Assembly (NCBI GenBank): GCA_944392805.1
Contig: CALXXZ010000008.1
Coordinates: 6,173 to 70,172 of the forward strand
Length of the DNA stretch: 64,000 bases
Reading direction: 5' to 3'
Source: an uncultured Clostridia bacterium
GTDB lineage: Bacteria; Bacillota; Clostridia; TANB77; CAG-508
Both the position numbers and the translations under genes were made by a program. Positions 48,254 to 57,888 of the stretch are shown here, piece by piece. The first letter of the stretch is position 1. Each line of letters starts with the position of its first letter. The notes under the pieces were generated by a model. The model saw nothing but the letters and a program-made list of their open reading frames with translations, was not told the DNA's origin and made no database searches.

Positions 48254-49390
48254 ATGATTATTATAATCGGAATATTAGTCGCAATAATAATAATGTTACT
48301 AATTTATAATATAGTAATACACAAGAAAATACAGCAATTTAATAACTTAAGTAGACAAGCTAATAATTTGCGAGTATTACAAGATTTTCTAAGTACAGTA
48401 GGAGAATGTTCAAGTGTAGATGAAAAAATAACAAAAATAAATGACATATTAATAGAAAAATACGAAATAAAATACTCTACAATAGTCGTATTTGATGGAG
48501 CAGAATACCAGGTAAAAGCATCAAATGTTGATAAAAAACATTGGGACACATTAAAAAGACTACAAGAAGTACCAATATTTAAAGACAGTGTAGCAACTGC
48601 AACACCTAAATATGTAACAGTAAACAATGAAAATGAAAGATTAGACTATCAAGAATCAGAATTTGGAAGAGCAAAATCAGCGATATTTTTCCCAATATAT
48701 ATAGAAAATGTATATATTGGATACTGGATAATAGAAAGTGGAGTGCCACATGATTTTGACAACATAGATACAACAATATTTGAAGTAGTAAAAGAAAACA
48801 TAGTATCAGTATTAAGAACAGTAGTACACCAAAAAACACTTGAGGCAATTGTAAGAAAAGACTTATTTACAGGACTATATTCAGAAGAATATTTATATAC
48901 AGAAGGAAAGAAAATAATAGACAAATATACACAATCAGCAGTATGTATGTTTAGGATAACAAATATAGAAGAAATCAATGATAATTATTCAAGAAAATTA
49001 GGAAATCAAGTAATAATAGAAACAAGTAATTATGTAAAAAACAACATTTCAAAAGAATATTTATTTATAAGATATATGGGACCTAAATTTGTAATAGTAT
49101 TTTCTGGAATAGATACAGACTCAGTAGTAGAATTTATAACAGATATAAAAAATGAAATGGAAAAATTAAAAATATCATTAAAAACAGAAAATATAGAAGA
49201 AAGAGATTTAGGAGAAGTAAAAGTAAAAGACAAAATGAAAAAGGAAAAATTAAAACAAGAAGTAAGTCCAAAACTAAATTTTGTTTTAACCACATATTAC
49301 AAAGGAACAGGAATGGAAGAAGTATTAAAAAAATTAGAACAATATATAGATAGTGCTGACAAAACTGAAAATGATATAACTTGTATTTAA
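48254..49390 (+). CDS. TM-anchored GAF-like + degenerate GGDEF domain protein
   Basis: DLFTGLYSEEYL (compare DxLTGLxNR). The GGDEF position reads MGPKF and the metal-binding Asp positions are not conserved. Confidence 0.6.
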   Translation: MIIIIGILVAIIIMLLIYNIVIHKKIQQFNNLSRQANNLRVLQDFLSTVGECSSVDEKITKINDILIEKYEIKYSTIVVFDGAEYQVKASNVDKKHWDTLKRLQEVPIFKDSVATATPKYVTVNNENERLDYQESEFGRAKSAIFFPIYIENVYIGYWIIESGVPHDFDNIDTTIFEVVKENIVSVLRTVVHQKTLEAIVRKDLFTGLYSEEYLYTEGKKIIDKYTQSAVCMFRITNIEEINDNYSRKLGNQVIIETSNYVKNNISKEYLFIRYMGPKFVIVFSGIDTDSVVEFITDIKNEMEKLKISLKTENIEERDLGEVKVKDKMKKEKLKQEVSPKLNFVLTTYYKGTGMEEVLKKLEQYIDSADKTENDITCI

Positions 49391-49408
49391 CAAGAAAAGG
49401 AGGTAAGT

Positions 49409-49663
49409 ATGGATTTTGATAAAACAATGAGTTTCAATTTTGAAAGAGAAAAAAATGCTAGAACAAAAGAAATATTAAAAGAGGTATATGAAGCATTAGT
49501 AGAAAAAGGATATAATCCTATAAATCAAATAGTAGGATATATATTATCAGGAGACCCAACATATATAACAAGTCATAATAATGCTAGAAATAAAATAAGA
49601 CAAATAGAAAGAGACGAATTATTAGAAAAAATGGTTAGATATTACATTGGTTTAGAAGAATAG
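49409..49663 (+). CDS. ireB: IreB family regulatory phosphoprotein (UPF0297)
   Basis: [26 protein letters not shown] signature. Confidence 0.85.
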   Translation: MDFDKTMSFNFEREKNARTKEILKEVYEALVEKGYNPINQIVGYILSGDPTYITSHNNARNKIRQIERDELLEKMVRYYIGLEE

Positions 49664-49671
49664 AGGTAAAA

Positions 49672-50091
49672 ATGCGAAAATTAGGAATAGATTATGGAGA
49701 TGCAAGAACAGGAATAGCAATAACTGATGCATTAAATATAACAGCACAAGGGTTAGAAACAATATACAATAATGGTTCTGATAAAATTCTATTGAGGAAG
49801 ATAGATGAAATATTAGAAAAATATGAAATAGACACAATAGTAATAGGAAGACCAATAAATATGAATGGAACAGAATCAGAAAGAACAGAACAAACCGAAA
49901 AATTTATACACAAATTAAAATGTAAATATAACAAACTAAAAATTGAAACAATAGATGAACGACTTACAACTGTTGCAGCATATAAAACCATGAATTTCTT
50001 AGACATAAATAAGAATAAAAAGAAAAATATAGTAGATACTATATCTGCAGTATATATTTTGGAAACATATTTAAATAAAATAAAAAATTAG
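49672..50091 (+). CDS. ruvX: Holliday junction resolvase-like RuvX (YqgF)
   Basis: LGIDYGDARTGIAITD N-terminus, about 139 aa, conserved position after ireB. Confidence 0.85.
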   Translation: MRKLGIDYGDARTGIAITDALNITAQGLETIYNNGSDKILLRKIDEILEKYEIDTIVIGRPINMNGTESERTEQTEKFIHKLKCKYNKLKIETIDERLTTVAAYKTMNFLDINKNKKKNIVDTISAVYILETYLNKIKN

Positions 50092-50157
50092 TTGCAAAAA
50101 GAATAAAAATAGTGTATTATATTAAAGATAAAAAATAAAAATTGAAAGGAGTAAATA

Positions 50158-50457
50158 ATGGAAAACGAAGAATTAGATAATATAATAATTTTAAACGATG
50201 AAGAAGGAAATGAAGTAAAATTTGAATTCTTAGATTTAGTTGAACTTGATGAAGAAGAATATGTAGTATTACTACCAGTTTCTGAAGAAGGAGAAGAAGA
50301 TGAGGGAGAAGTTGTAATACTAAAATTAGAAGATACTGATGAAGATTCTGAAGAAGAATCATATGTTGGTGTAGAAGATGAAGAAATATTAAACAAAGTA
50401 TTTGCAATATTCAAAGAAAAATATAAAGATGAATTTAATTTTGTAGATGAAGACTAA
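50158..50457 (+). CDS. DUF1292 domain protein
   Basis: Acidic ~99-aa protein (DEEGNEVKFEFLDLVELDEEEYVVLLP) in the conserved ireB-ruvX-DUF1292 trio. Confidence 0.8.
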   Translation: MENEELDNIIILNDEEGNEVKFEFLDLVELDEEEYVVLLPVSEEGEEDEGEVVILKLEDTDEDSEEESYVGVEDEEILNKVFAIFKEKYKDEFNFVDED

Positions 50458-50539
50458 AAAAGGTGTTGGGGGTGGAAATGATATTTCTACAAACCAACAC
50501 TATTTTTAATTTTATAGAATTAAAAAAGGGGGAAGAAAG

Positions 50540-51031
50540 ATGGCAAATTTTTCAACATGGTTACTTGCAATATTTATGGTAATGTTTTGGCTATTTAGAG
50601 CAATAGTAGCACTATGTACACAATTTTCGATTGATTTGATAGGAATTGTAGCATATGACTTAAAGGTAGAAATCATAATATCATTTCTTATAATAATTTG
50701 TATAGTATTAGTAATAAAAAGAAAGATGATAGGAGCATTTATATATGCAATAATATATGGAGTATATTTTGGACAACATCTTTTCACAAATATTGTTCCA
50801 ATATTGCAAAAAACAACAACATTAACTGTTGATATGAGTATGAATTTATTTTCTGATTTTTTAGCAATTTTATTAGCACTTTTCGTTGTTATAGATATGT
50901 TAATTGATAAAGGAAGAAAAGCAAATCCTATAGACAGAAAAACGGATTGGTATTTTAAAAATGAAAAATATGATGAAGAACTTAAGAAAAGAGATAGTAG
51001 AGAAGATAAAAATGAATATAAATTTTATTAG
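50540..51031 (+). CDS. hypothetical multi-pass membrane protein
   Basis: Four hydrophobic segments and a good RBS. Confidence 0.5.
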   Translation: MANFSTWLLAIFMVMFWLFRAIVALCTQFSIDLIGIVAYDLKVEIIISFLIIICIVLVIKRKMIGAFIYAIIYGVYFGQHLFTNIVPILQKTTTLTVDMSMNLFSDFLAILLALFVVIDMLIDKGRKANPIDRKTDWYFKNEKYDEELKKRDSREDKNEYKFY

Positions 51032-51039
51032 GAGGGCAT

Positions 51040-51921
51040 ATGAATATAAATTGGTTTCCAGGGCATATGGCAAAAACTAGAAAACAGATCACAGAAGATT
51101 TAAAATTAGTAGATGTAGTAGTAGAATTATTAGATGCTAGAATACCAATTTCAAGTCAAAATCCAGAGATTAAACAAATTTTAAAAGATAAAAAGAAAAT
51201 AATAGTTTTAAACAAATGTGATTTATCAGACGATATTTGTAATAAAGCATGGGTAGAATATTTTATCAAAAATAATAATATTGCAATATTAGTTGACTCT
51301 AATACAGGAAAAGGAATTGAAGAAGTCACTAGACAAATTCAAAAAATAATGGAAGATGATTTGAAAAAACTGGCTGAAAAAGGTCGTACAGGAAGAAAAA
51401 TTAGAGTTATGATTGTAGGGATACCTAATGTAGGAAAATCATCATTTATAAATAGAATAGCTAAGAAAAGTAATGCTGAAGTTGGAAATAAACCAGGAGT
51501 TACAAAGAGTAAACAATGGATACGCTTGAATGAACATATTGAGTTATTAGATACACCAGGTGTTTTATGGCCTAAATTTGAAAGTGAAGAAGTGGCTTTG
51601 AATTTGGCTTTTACAGGAACTATAAAAGATGATATACTTGAAGTTACAGAGATTGCATATCATTTAGTTAAATTTTTATTGGAAAACTATCAAGAAAAGT
51701 TGCTAGATAGATATTCTATTGATAAGGATACTGTCACAAGAATTTTAAATCAGGACCAACCTGAAAATGAAAATATTTATGAAATAATGCAACTTATAGG
51801 AAGAAAAAGAGGAGCTCTTATGTCAGGTGGAATAATTGATGATGAGAAAACTGCTAAGATTATTTTAGATGATTTTAGAAGTGGAAAAATTGGTAAAATA
51901 TCTTTAGAAAAAGTGAAATAA
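51040..51921 (+). CDS. rbgA: ribosome biogenesis GTPase A (YlqF/RbgA)
   Basis: WFPGHMAKT N-terminus and circularly permuted GTPase motifs (NKCDL, GIPNVGKSS, DTPG). Confidence 0.88.
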   Translation: MNINWFPGHMAKTRKQITEDLKLVDVVVELLDARIPISSQNPEIKQILKDKKKIIVLNKCDLSDDICNKAWVEYFIKNNNIAILVDSNTGKGIEEVTRQIQKIMEDDLKKLAEKGRTGRKIRVMIVGIPNVGKSSFINRIAKKSNAEVGNKPGVTKSKQWIRLNEHIELLDTPGVLWPKFESEEVALNLAFTGTIKDDILEVTEIAYHLVKFLLENYQEKLLDRYSIDKDTVTRILNQDQPENENIYEIMQLIGRKRGALMSGGIIDDEKTAKIILDDFRSGKIGKISLEKVK

Positions 51922-52005
51922 AAGGTTATTTATTATGATTTGTTATTTTACAAGAATAATCATATATTTTTCTTGAAATTTTATAATTTTTTTTTACATT
52001 TCCTA

Positions 52006-52034
52006 TTGACAAAAAGATTTAAACATATTATAAT
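52006..52034 (+). promoter_or_regulatory. promoter of tRNA-Leu
   Basis: TTGACA-N17-TATAAT, 35 nt before the tRNA. Confidence 0.65.
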
Positions 52035-52069
52035 ATTCATTGTCGTAAGACAAATGCCAGTTATAATAT

Positions 52070-52157
52070 GCAGATGTGGCGGAACTGGCAGACGCACAGG
52101 ACTTAAAATCCTGCGGTTGAATAAACCGTGCCGGTTCGATTCCGGCCATCTGCACCA
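52070..52157 (+). tRNA. tRNA-Leu (anticodon TAA), long variable arm, CCA encoded
   Basis: Acceptor stem GCAGATG/CATCTGC, anticodon loop CTTAAAA, T-arm GGTTCGATTCC. Confidence 0.9.
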
Positions 52158-52197
52158 AGGACGTTTCTGTTCGAACTAATAGAACAGACATATATAA

Positions 52198-52227
52198 ATA
52201 TCATTCAGAAATGGATGATATTTTTTT
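52198..52227 (+). terminator. terminator after tRNA-Leu
   Basis: ATATCATTC-loop-GGATGATAT followed by T7. A smaller hairpin precedes it at 52166-52188. Confidence 0.65.
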
Positions 52228-52312
52228 GCAAAAAATTCCTTTCAGTAGGTGTCAAACTAGTAAATTTGTCTCGTAGAGCTAATGAGTTATGATGATACGT
52301 CATAACTCATAG

Positions 52313-53002
52313 GCTAGCATTAGTGCAAAGACTAGTGAAATTACAGTAGGAAATACTCTAAAAGAAGGCGACTATGTAGATTATGTGGACAAAAATGGAA
52401 CAACAAGAAAATGTAGAGTATTGTATACAGATTCAAAATATGGTGTGCAAATAATAACATCTAGTATAGTTGGAAATGTGAATATGGGAAGTACTGATTT
52501 TAATGCAAGTAGAGCATCATATAATAATGCAATAACTACATTAAACAATGAAGCAAATAAATATTTAAATACAACATATGCAAGTAGTGCAAGAAGTGTA
52601 GGAAGTGTACCAAATAATCCAAATTATGATGCTGCAGGAATGTTCACAAGTGAGTATGGCTACATGGGAGGGTATAATGGAACATTCAAGAATGAAGATA
52701 GCAATTATGCTACAGATTATAATAAAATGAAAGAACTTAATATTCAAGGTACAGGACAATATTATTGGATGGCTTCAAGACACATAATTTCAGAGCCAAA
52801 CACAACATATTTTACAATACGAGTAGTAGATTCAAATGGAACTTTAGTGCATTATAATTTATGTGATGTACTTAAAAATGGTAATACGGTTGCAAATCCA
52901 CCATCATTTGGTTTTAGACCAATATTTACTTTGAAACCTGAAGTCAAAATAACGGGAGGAGATGGAAAGACAGCTGGAACTGCATATACACTAGGAATAT
53001 AA
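52313..53002 (+). pseudogene. 5'-truncated fragment of a surface protein (C-terminal domain with YYWMASR...GFRPIFTL)
   Basis: The frame is open from 52313 (ASISAKTSEITVGNTLKEGDYVDY...) with no ATG or RBS. The first alternative start is a GTG at 52385 with no nearby RBS. No N-terminal signal or TM segment. Confidence 0.4.
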
Positions 53003-53076
53003 ATTTTGCAACTTATAAATTGAAAAGAGAAACTATATACCTAGTTTCTCTTTTCTGATTACAAACAATTAAAAAT

Positions 53077-55017
53077 TTAATTTAGAATAATTGAAATACC
53101 ACCAAATCCATGCAATATTTTTTCAGTTGCATTTTCAGTTGCATTTTCAGTTGCATTTTCAGTTACTTTTTCAGTAAATACAGTTTTATTAGATGCTTTA
53201 ATATATTTTTGAGGAATATCTATTTTGATATCACAATCAGTATTATTTACTACTGTAAGCATCGAATAATCAGAATTTTTTACTTCTATCATAGCTATTT
53301 TACTATCCAAATAAAGAAAGTCTATATCTACTTTTGAACCTTTGTAAATCTTCCAAAAATGCAAATAGTTAGTGAAGAATTCTTCTAGATTAGCATCTCC
53401 ATTTTCCCAATCCATACATTTTCTATTGAAAGGATCTTTAAATCCATGTAATCCTTTTTCAGTACCATAAAAGACACACAGATTTCCGGGTAATGTTCCC
53501 ATAAGCATAAATGCAATTTTTAATCTCTGAACAGAAAGTTCATATTCTTGGGGTGAAAGTTTATCATTTTGAAATTCAAAATTTCTGAACTCATCCGTCA
53601 AAAAATCTAATCCATGTGGTGTTTGAATATGCCATTGTGAAAATGGTTTATCTATATCCCAAATATCACAATATCCTCTCCGGACACATTTTAAACTGAG
53701 AATTGTTATAGCTCTCATCATATCATGTGTATCCAAAGAATTTAGCATAGTATCTAAGGTATTTTGCGGATAACTTTCAATAATTTCATAAACTTTATTT
53801 TTTAAAGTGTCCGCCTCACCAAAAGCTACATATTTAAAAACAGCATTTGTGAATAGATAATTTGTAACACAATCTAAACCTTTTCCCAATATTTTGCAAT
53901 CTGCTTTAAGCCAGTACTCACCTAAAATAAGTTTGTTTCCAATTGCTCTTGCCTTGCGTCGTATTCCCTTCAAGAAAAATGGTTGTAATTCTGATGCTAG
54001 ATCTAACCTAAAACCATCTACATATGGTCCAAATTTTTCAATTACACCACCAACTCCATATACATAGTTTTGATATCCAGGAGAAGATTGATTAAATAAA
54101 GGCATATCTTTAAATTGACGATACCAATATTCATAACTTCCATCATCATGGATGTAAAACCAGTCTCTGTATATTGAGTTAGGATTATTTAGAGCATCTT
54201 GAAAAATTGGATTATCACTATTACAGTGATTAAAAGCAATATCGAGAATTACATACATTCCTTTCTCATTTGCTTTTTTATGCAAACTTTCCAAATCTTC
54301 AAAACTACCAGCATCTGGATCAATTTGCATATGGTCAGTTGCTGCATAACGTTCATATCGAAGTTTACTGAAATTTATTGGAGAAAAATATATAACGTCT
54401 ACACCTAAATCTTTTAAATAATCAAGCTTTTCTTCAACGCCTTTTAAATTCCCTCCAAAAAAATCATTGTTGTGAAAATCGCCATTTGAGTTTCTTTGCC
54501 AATCCGGCATTTCTCCCCACTTACGATAGTTCCTTCCTTCAATATTAGCACATTTTCTATTTGGACTTTTGTAGAACCGATCCAAAAATAGTTGATAAAA
54601 TACTGCATTTTTTGACCAGTTCGGTACAGTGAAATCATTTTGAATAACAAGTATTCTCCAATAAGGAGATTCTCCTGTTGTTATAAAGGGTTTTTTCGTA
54701 TCTCTGTTGATTTTAATGAAAAGTTCTCTTCCATCAACAGTTAACGAAAAAAAGAAGAAATAATTTTCAAACCTGTGAAATGGAGCGAAACTCACCATTC
54801 CTTCGTATTCTATAAAATCATTTTCTTCTTTTGTTTTTGACATTTCCTTTATAATACAGGGATTTTCAAATTGTCTATTAAAAATCACTTTAACTACTTG
54901 TATGGTACCAATATCTTTTGGTAATTTCAAATTGATTTGTAATACATCATTAATTGCTATTTCCCGTGTATGAGACATAGTAACTAAAATTTTGCTGTCA
55001 CGAGTTATAATAGTCAT
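53077..55017 (-). CDS. GH13 alpha-amylase family glycoside hydrolase (neopullulanase/cyclomaltodextrinase-like)
   Basis: Conserved regions DVIYFSPI, GFRLDLASE, EYW and LDTHDM. Good RBS. Confidence 0.85.
   Translation of the reverse strand: MTIITRDSKILVTMSHTREIAINDVLQINLKLPKDIGTIQVVKVIFNRQFENPCIIKEMSKTKEENDFIEYEGMVSFAPFHRFENYFFFFSLTVDGRELFIKINRDTKKPFITTGESPYWRILVIQNDFTVPNWSKNAVFYQLFLDRFYKSPNRKCANIEGRNYRKWGEMPDWQRNSNGDFHNNDFFGGNLKGVEEKLDYLKDLGVDVIYFSPINFSKLRYERYAATDHMQIDPDAGSFEDLESLHKKANEKGMYVILDIAFNHCNSDNPIFQDALNNPNSIYRDWFYIHDDGSYEYWYRQFKDMPLFNQSSPGYQNYVYGVGGVIEKFGPYVDGFRLDLASELQPFFLKGIRRKARAIGNKLILGEYWLKADCKILGKGLDCVTNYLFTNAVFKYVAFGEADTLKNKVYEIIESYPQNTLDTMLNSLDTHDMMRAITILSLKCVRRGYCDIWDIDKPFSQWHIQTPHGLDFLTDEFRNFEFQNDKLSPQEYELSVQRLKIAFMLMGTLPGNLCVFYGTEKGLHGFKDPFNRKCMDWENGDANLEEFFTNYLHFWKIYKGSKVDIDFLYLDSKIAMIEVKNSDYSMLTVVNNTDCDIKIDIPQKYIKASNKTVFTEKVTENATENATENATEKILHGFGGISIILN
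53119..53178 (-). repeat. in-frame 12-nt tandem repeat (ENAT)n near the GH13 C-terminus
   Basis: attttcagttgc repeated about 4 times plus a degenerate unit. It encodes TENATENATENATE. Confidence 0.85.
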
Positions 55018-55163
55018 AACAATCCTCCTTTTACTTTAATTAAAGATATTTATAATAACAACAATGTCTTCGAATTTAATTTACTATATTTGTCGAATTT
55101 TGTCAACATTTTTTGTTTCGGTTTATAATTTTTTTAAAATAAAGTTGACATAAATTTATAAGG

Positions 55164-55880
55164 ATGATAAAATATCATATAATACATTTTGTTAAAGCAT
55201 TTCAAAAGAAAGAAGTGATAATAATTTTAGAAAAAATAATTAATTTAATATATCCACAAGTTTGCAGTATTTGTGGAAAACTCAATACAAAATCATTATG
55301 TAACAAGTGTAAAAATAAATTAGAAAAAGAATTTGAATACAAAACAGATGATTATTCAGAAAATTCAGAAAAAAATTTCATAGAACATCATTATTTTTTT
55401 AAATACAAAGATCTAATAAGAAACCAATTATTATCTTATAAATTTCAAGAAAAACCATATATATACAAAACAATTTCATCTTTTTTAGAAAATAAGCAAA
55501 AAAATTTTGAAAATCTAAAAAAATATGATATAATAATAATAGTACCGATAAGTCGAAAAAGACAAAAACAAAGAGGATATAATCAAAGTGGACTAATAGC
55601 AAAAGAAATTGCTAAAATAATATCATTAAAAATAGAAAAAAATATATTATATAAAATAAAAAATACAGCACCACAAAGTTCTTTAAATAAACAACAAAGA
55701 GAAGAAAACGTAAAACAAGTATATAAAGCAAAAAACATAGAAAAAATAAAAAACAAGAAAATACTAATATTTGATGATATATATACAACAGGAAATACAG
55801 TAAATGAATGTGCAAAAACTCTAATAGAAGCGGGAATAGACAGGAATAATATAGGAATATTAACAATAGCAAAAGATTAG
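55164..55880 (+). CDS. comFC: ComF family phosphoribosyltransferase-domain protein
   Basis: CxxC..CxxC zinc-ribbon N-terminus, RGYNQS, and PRTase motif ILIFDDIYTTGNT. The start codon is uncertain. A TTGTCA-N18-TATAAT promoter lies at 55100-55129. Confidence 0.75.
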   Translation: MIKYHIIHFVKAFQKKEVIIILEKIINLIYPQVCSICGKLNTKSLCNKCKNKLEKEFEYKTDDYSENSEKNFIEHHYFFKYKDLIRNQLLSYKFQEKPYIYKTISSFLENKQKNFENLKKYDIIIIVPISRKRQKQRGYNQSGLIAKEIAKIISLKIEKNILYKIKNTAPQSSLNKQQREENVKQVYKAKNIEKIKNKKILIFDDIYTTGNTVNECAKTLIEAGIDRNNIGILTIAKD

Positions 55881-55891
55881 AAGGAGGAAAA

Positions 55892-57865
55892 ATGGAAGAC
55901 CTAGTAGAAAGCATATTAGATTATGTAAGAGCAGACTATACAGATTATGCTATAATGATAAATGGAGAATGGGGTTCAGGAAAAACATATTTTTGGAATA
56001 ATAAAATAAGAAAAAAAATAGACTCAATGCAATTAAATGGAAAACAATATACAACAATATATATGTCATTATATGGTATTTCAAACTTAGAAGATATAAG
56101 CAAGAAAATATTTATAGAAACCACCCAATTAATGGATAGAAATCTAAGAAGATATATGGATGCAAATGGTCAAACAACAATACCTGAATATGCTAAAACA
56201 GGAATAGATATGGCAAACTTATTTGGAATAGCACAAAATGAAGACAAAGTAAATTATGGAGAATTTTTCTCAACAGATGATAAAGTATTATGTTTTGACG
56301 ATCTAGAAAGAGCAAATGTAGATGTAATAGACATATTAGGATATATAAATAACTTTGTAGAACATGACCATATAAAAACAATAATAATATGTAATGAAAA
56401 AGAATTATCAACAAAACTAAAAAGCAGTAACTTAGAGATGAAAACATTTATAGCAACATATATGTTAGACAAACAAGGAGAATTATCAAATACAGAAAAA
56501 CCAATGGTAGAAAAAATAAGAGACAAAATAGAATATGTATTTGATAAAGCAAATGAATATGAAAGAATAAAAGAAAAGCTAATAGGAGAAACATTTGAAT
56601 ATGCTCCAAAATTTGACTACATAATAAATGGATTATTAATGAGATATGAAACAGATCCAGACTTAATAAGATTTTTAAGAGAAAATACAGGATTAATAAT
56701 ATCAACATTTAATAAAAGTGGAACAAGAAATTTAAGAATATTAAAACATGCATTAAATGATTTCCAAAAAATATTTGAAATGGTAAGTAAAAATTATCCA
56801 AATGTAAGTAATAGAGTAATGCAAACAATGTTAATATTCACAATCGCAATATCATTTGAAATAAAAGCAGGAAAAATAACAAAAGATAAGTTTGTAGACA
56901 TTAAGAATAATGATGAATATAAATCAATATTAGTATCATCAAGAGTATTAATGGATAACAGACAATTCTATATAAAAGAATTTGATAACAATTATTATTA
57001 TAACTTCAAATCAGAATATAGATTCTTCAAATTTATAGAATATTATGTTAGGACAAGAATATTTGATATGAAAATATTCAAAGAAAATATGGAAGTAATC
57101 TTAAATACAGCAGGACTAGGAAAGATGCCAGCATATAAAAGATTATTAACAGAAGAATATTGGAAAATATCAGATGATGAATTCTCAGATGTTATAAATG
57201 AAATAATAGAAAACATCAAAAAAGGAGAAATAGAATTAGTAGACTTAGTAAAACTATATGCATATTTTAGCTACTTCTCAAGAAAAAAACTAATTTTATA
57301 TAATATACCAACATTAAAAAGTCTATTTATAATGGGAATGAATACAGCATCAATACATTCTAAATATTGTGAAGATGTAGAAAAAGAATTATCAAAAATA
57401 GCAATAGAAGAAGTGCAAGAAGATATGGAAGATATACTAAATAGATTTTATAAGCTAAATGAACAACTAAAAGATAAAATGTACAAAGAAAAAGCAGATG
57501 AAATATTCAGATGTATACCAATGAAAATGGAAAAATTCTATGATAGATTTGATAAAGAATGTATGAATATACCAATATTCAAATATCAAGAACCACGTCA
57601 GATGTTCCAACGAATATCATGTGCAAGTAATGAAGATATAGTAATAATAAAAGAAAAACTAATAAATAGAGCAAACACATATACAAAAGAAATTGAGTCA
57701 GAAATGCCAAACATAGAACAACTAAAAGAAATAATTGATGAATATACAATAGGAAAAGAAATATCTATAAAAGTTGTAATGCTAAAAGAATTTGCAAAAG
57801 ATTTAGGTTATATTATAGATAAATATAAAACAAATAATATTATAGTAAAAAAAGATGAAGAATAA
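55892..57865 (+). CDS. KAP family P-loop NTPase
   Basis: INGEWGSGKTYFW Walker A and VLCFDDLER Walker B in typical KAP spacing. 657 aa. No clear inserted TM helices. Confidence 0.7.
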   Translation: MEDLVESILDYVRADYTDYAIMINGEWGSGKTYFWNNKIRKKIDSMQLNGKQYTTIYMSLYGISNLEDISKKIFIETTQLMDRNLRRYMDANGQTTIPEYAKTGIDMANLFGIAQNEDKVNYGEFFSTDDKVLCFDDLERANVDVIDILGYINNFVEHDHIKTIIICNEKELSTKLKSSNLEMKTFIATYMLDKQGELSNTEKPMVEKIRDKIEYVFDKANEYERIKEKLIGETFEYAPKFDYIINGLLMRYETDPDLIRFLRENTGLIISTFNKSGTRNLRILKHALNDFQKIFEMVSKNYPNVSNRVMQTMLIFTIAISFEIKAGKITKDKFVDIKNNDEYKSILVSSRVLMDNRQFYIKEFDNNYYYNFKSEYRFFKFIEYYVRTRIFDMKIFKENMEVILNTAGLGKMPAYKRLLTEEYWKISDDEFSDVINEIIENIKKGEIELVDLVKLYAYFSYFSRKKLILYNIPTLKSLFIMGMNTASIHSKYCEDVEKELSKIAIEEVQEDMEDILNRFYKLNEQLKDKMYKEKADEIFRCIPMKMEKFYDRFDKECMNIPIFKYQEPRQMFQRISCASNEDIVIIKEKLINRANTYTKEIESEMPNIEQLKEIIDEYTIGKEISIKVVMLKEFAKDLGYIIDKYKTNNIIVKKDEE

Positions 57866-57888
57866 AAAGAAGAAAGGATGTGGTAAAT

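Noticed and set aside
51940-52191. ORFs 51940-52179 (+) and 52003-52191 (-) over the tRNA-Leu locus.
   Set aside because: They span the tRNA-Leu promoter and gene, with no RBS. The ORFs are spurious.
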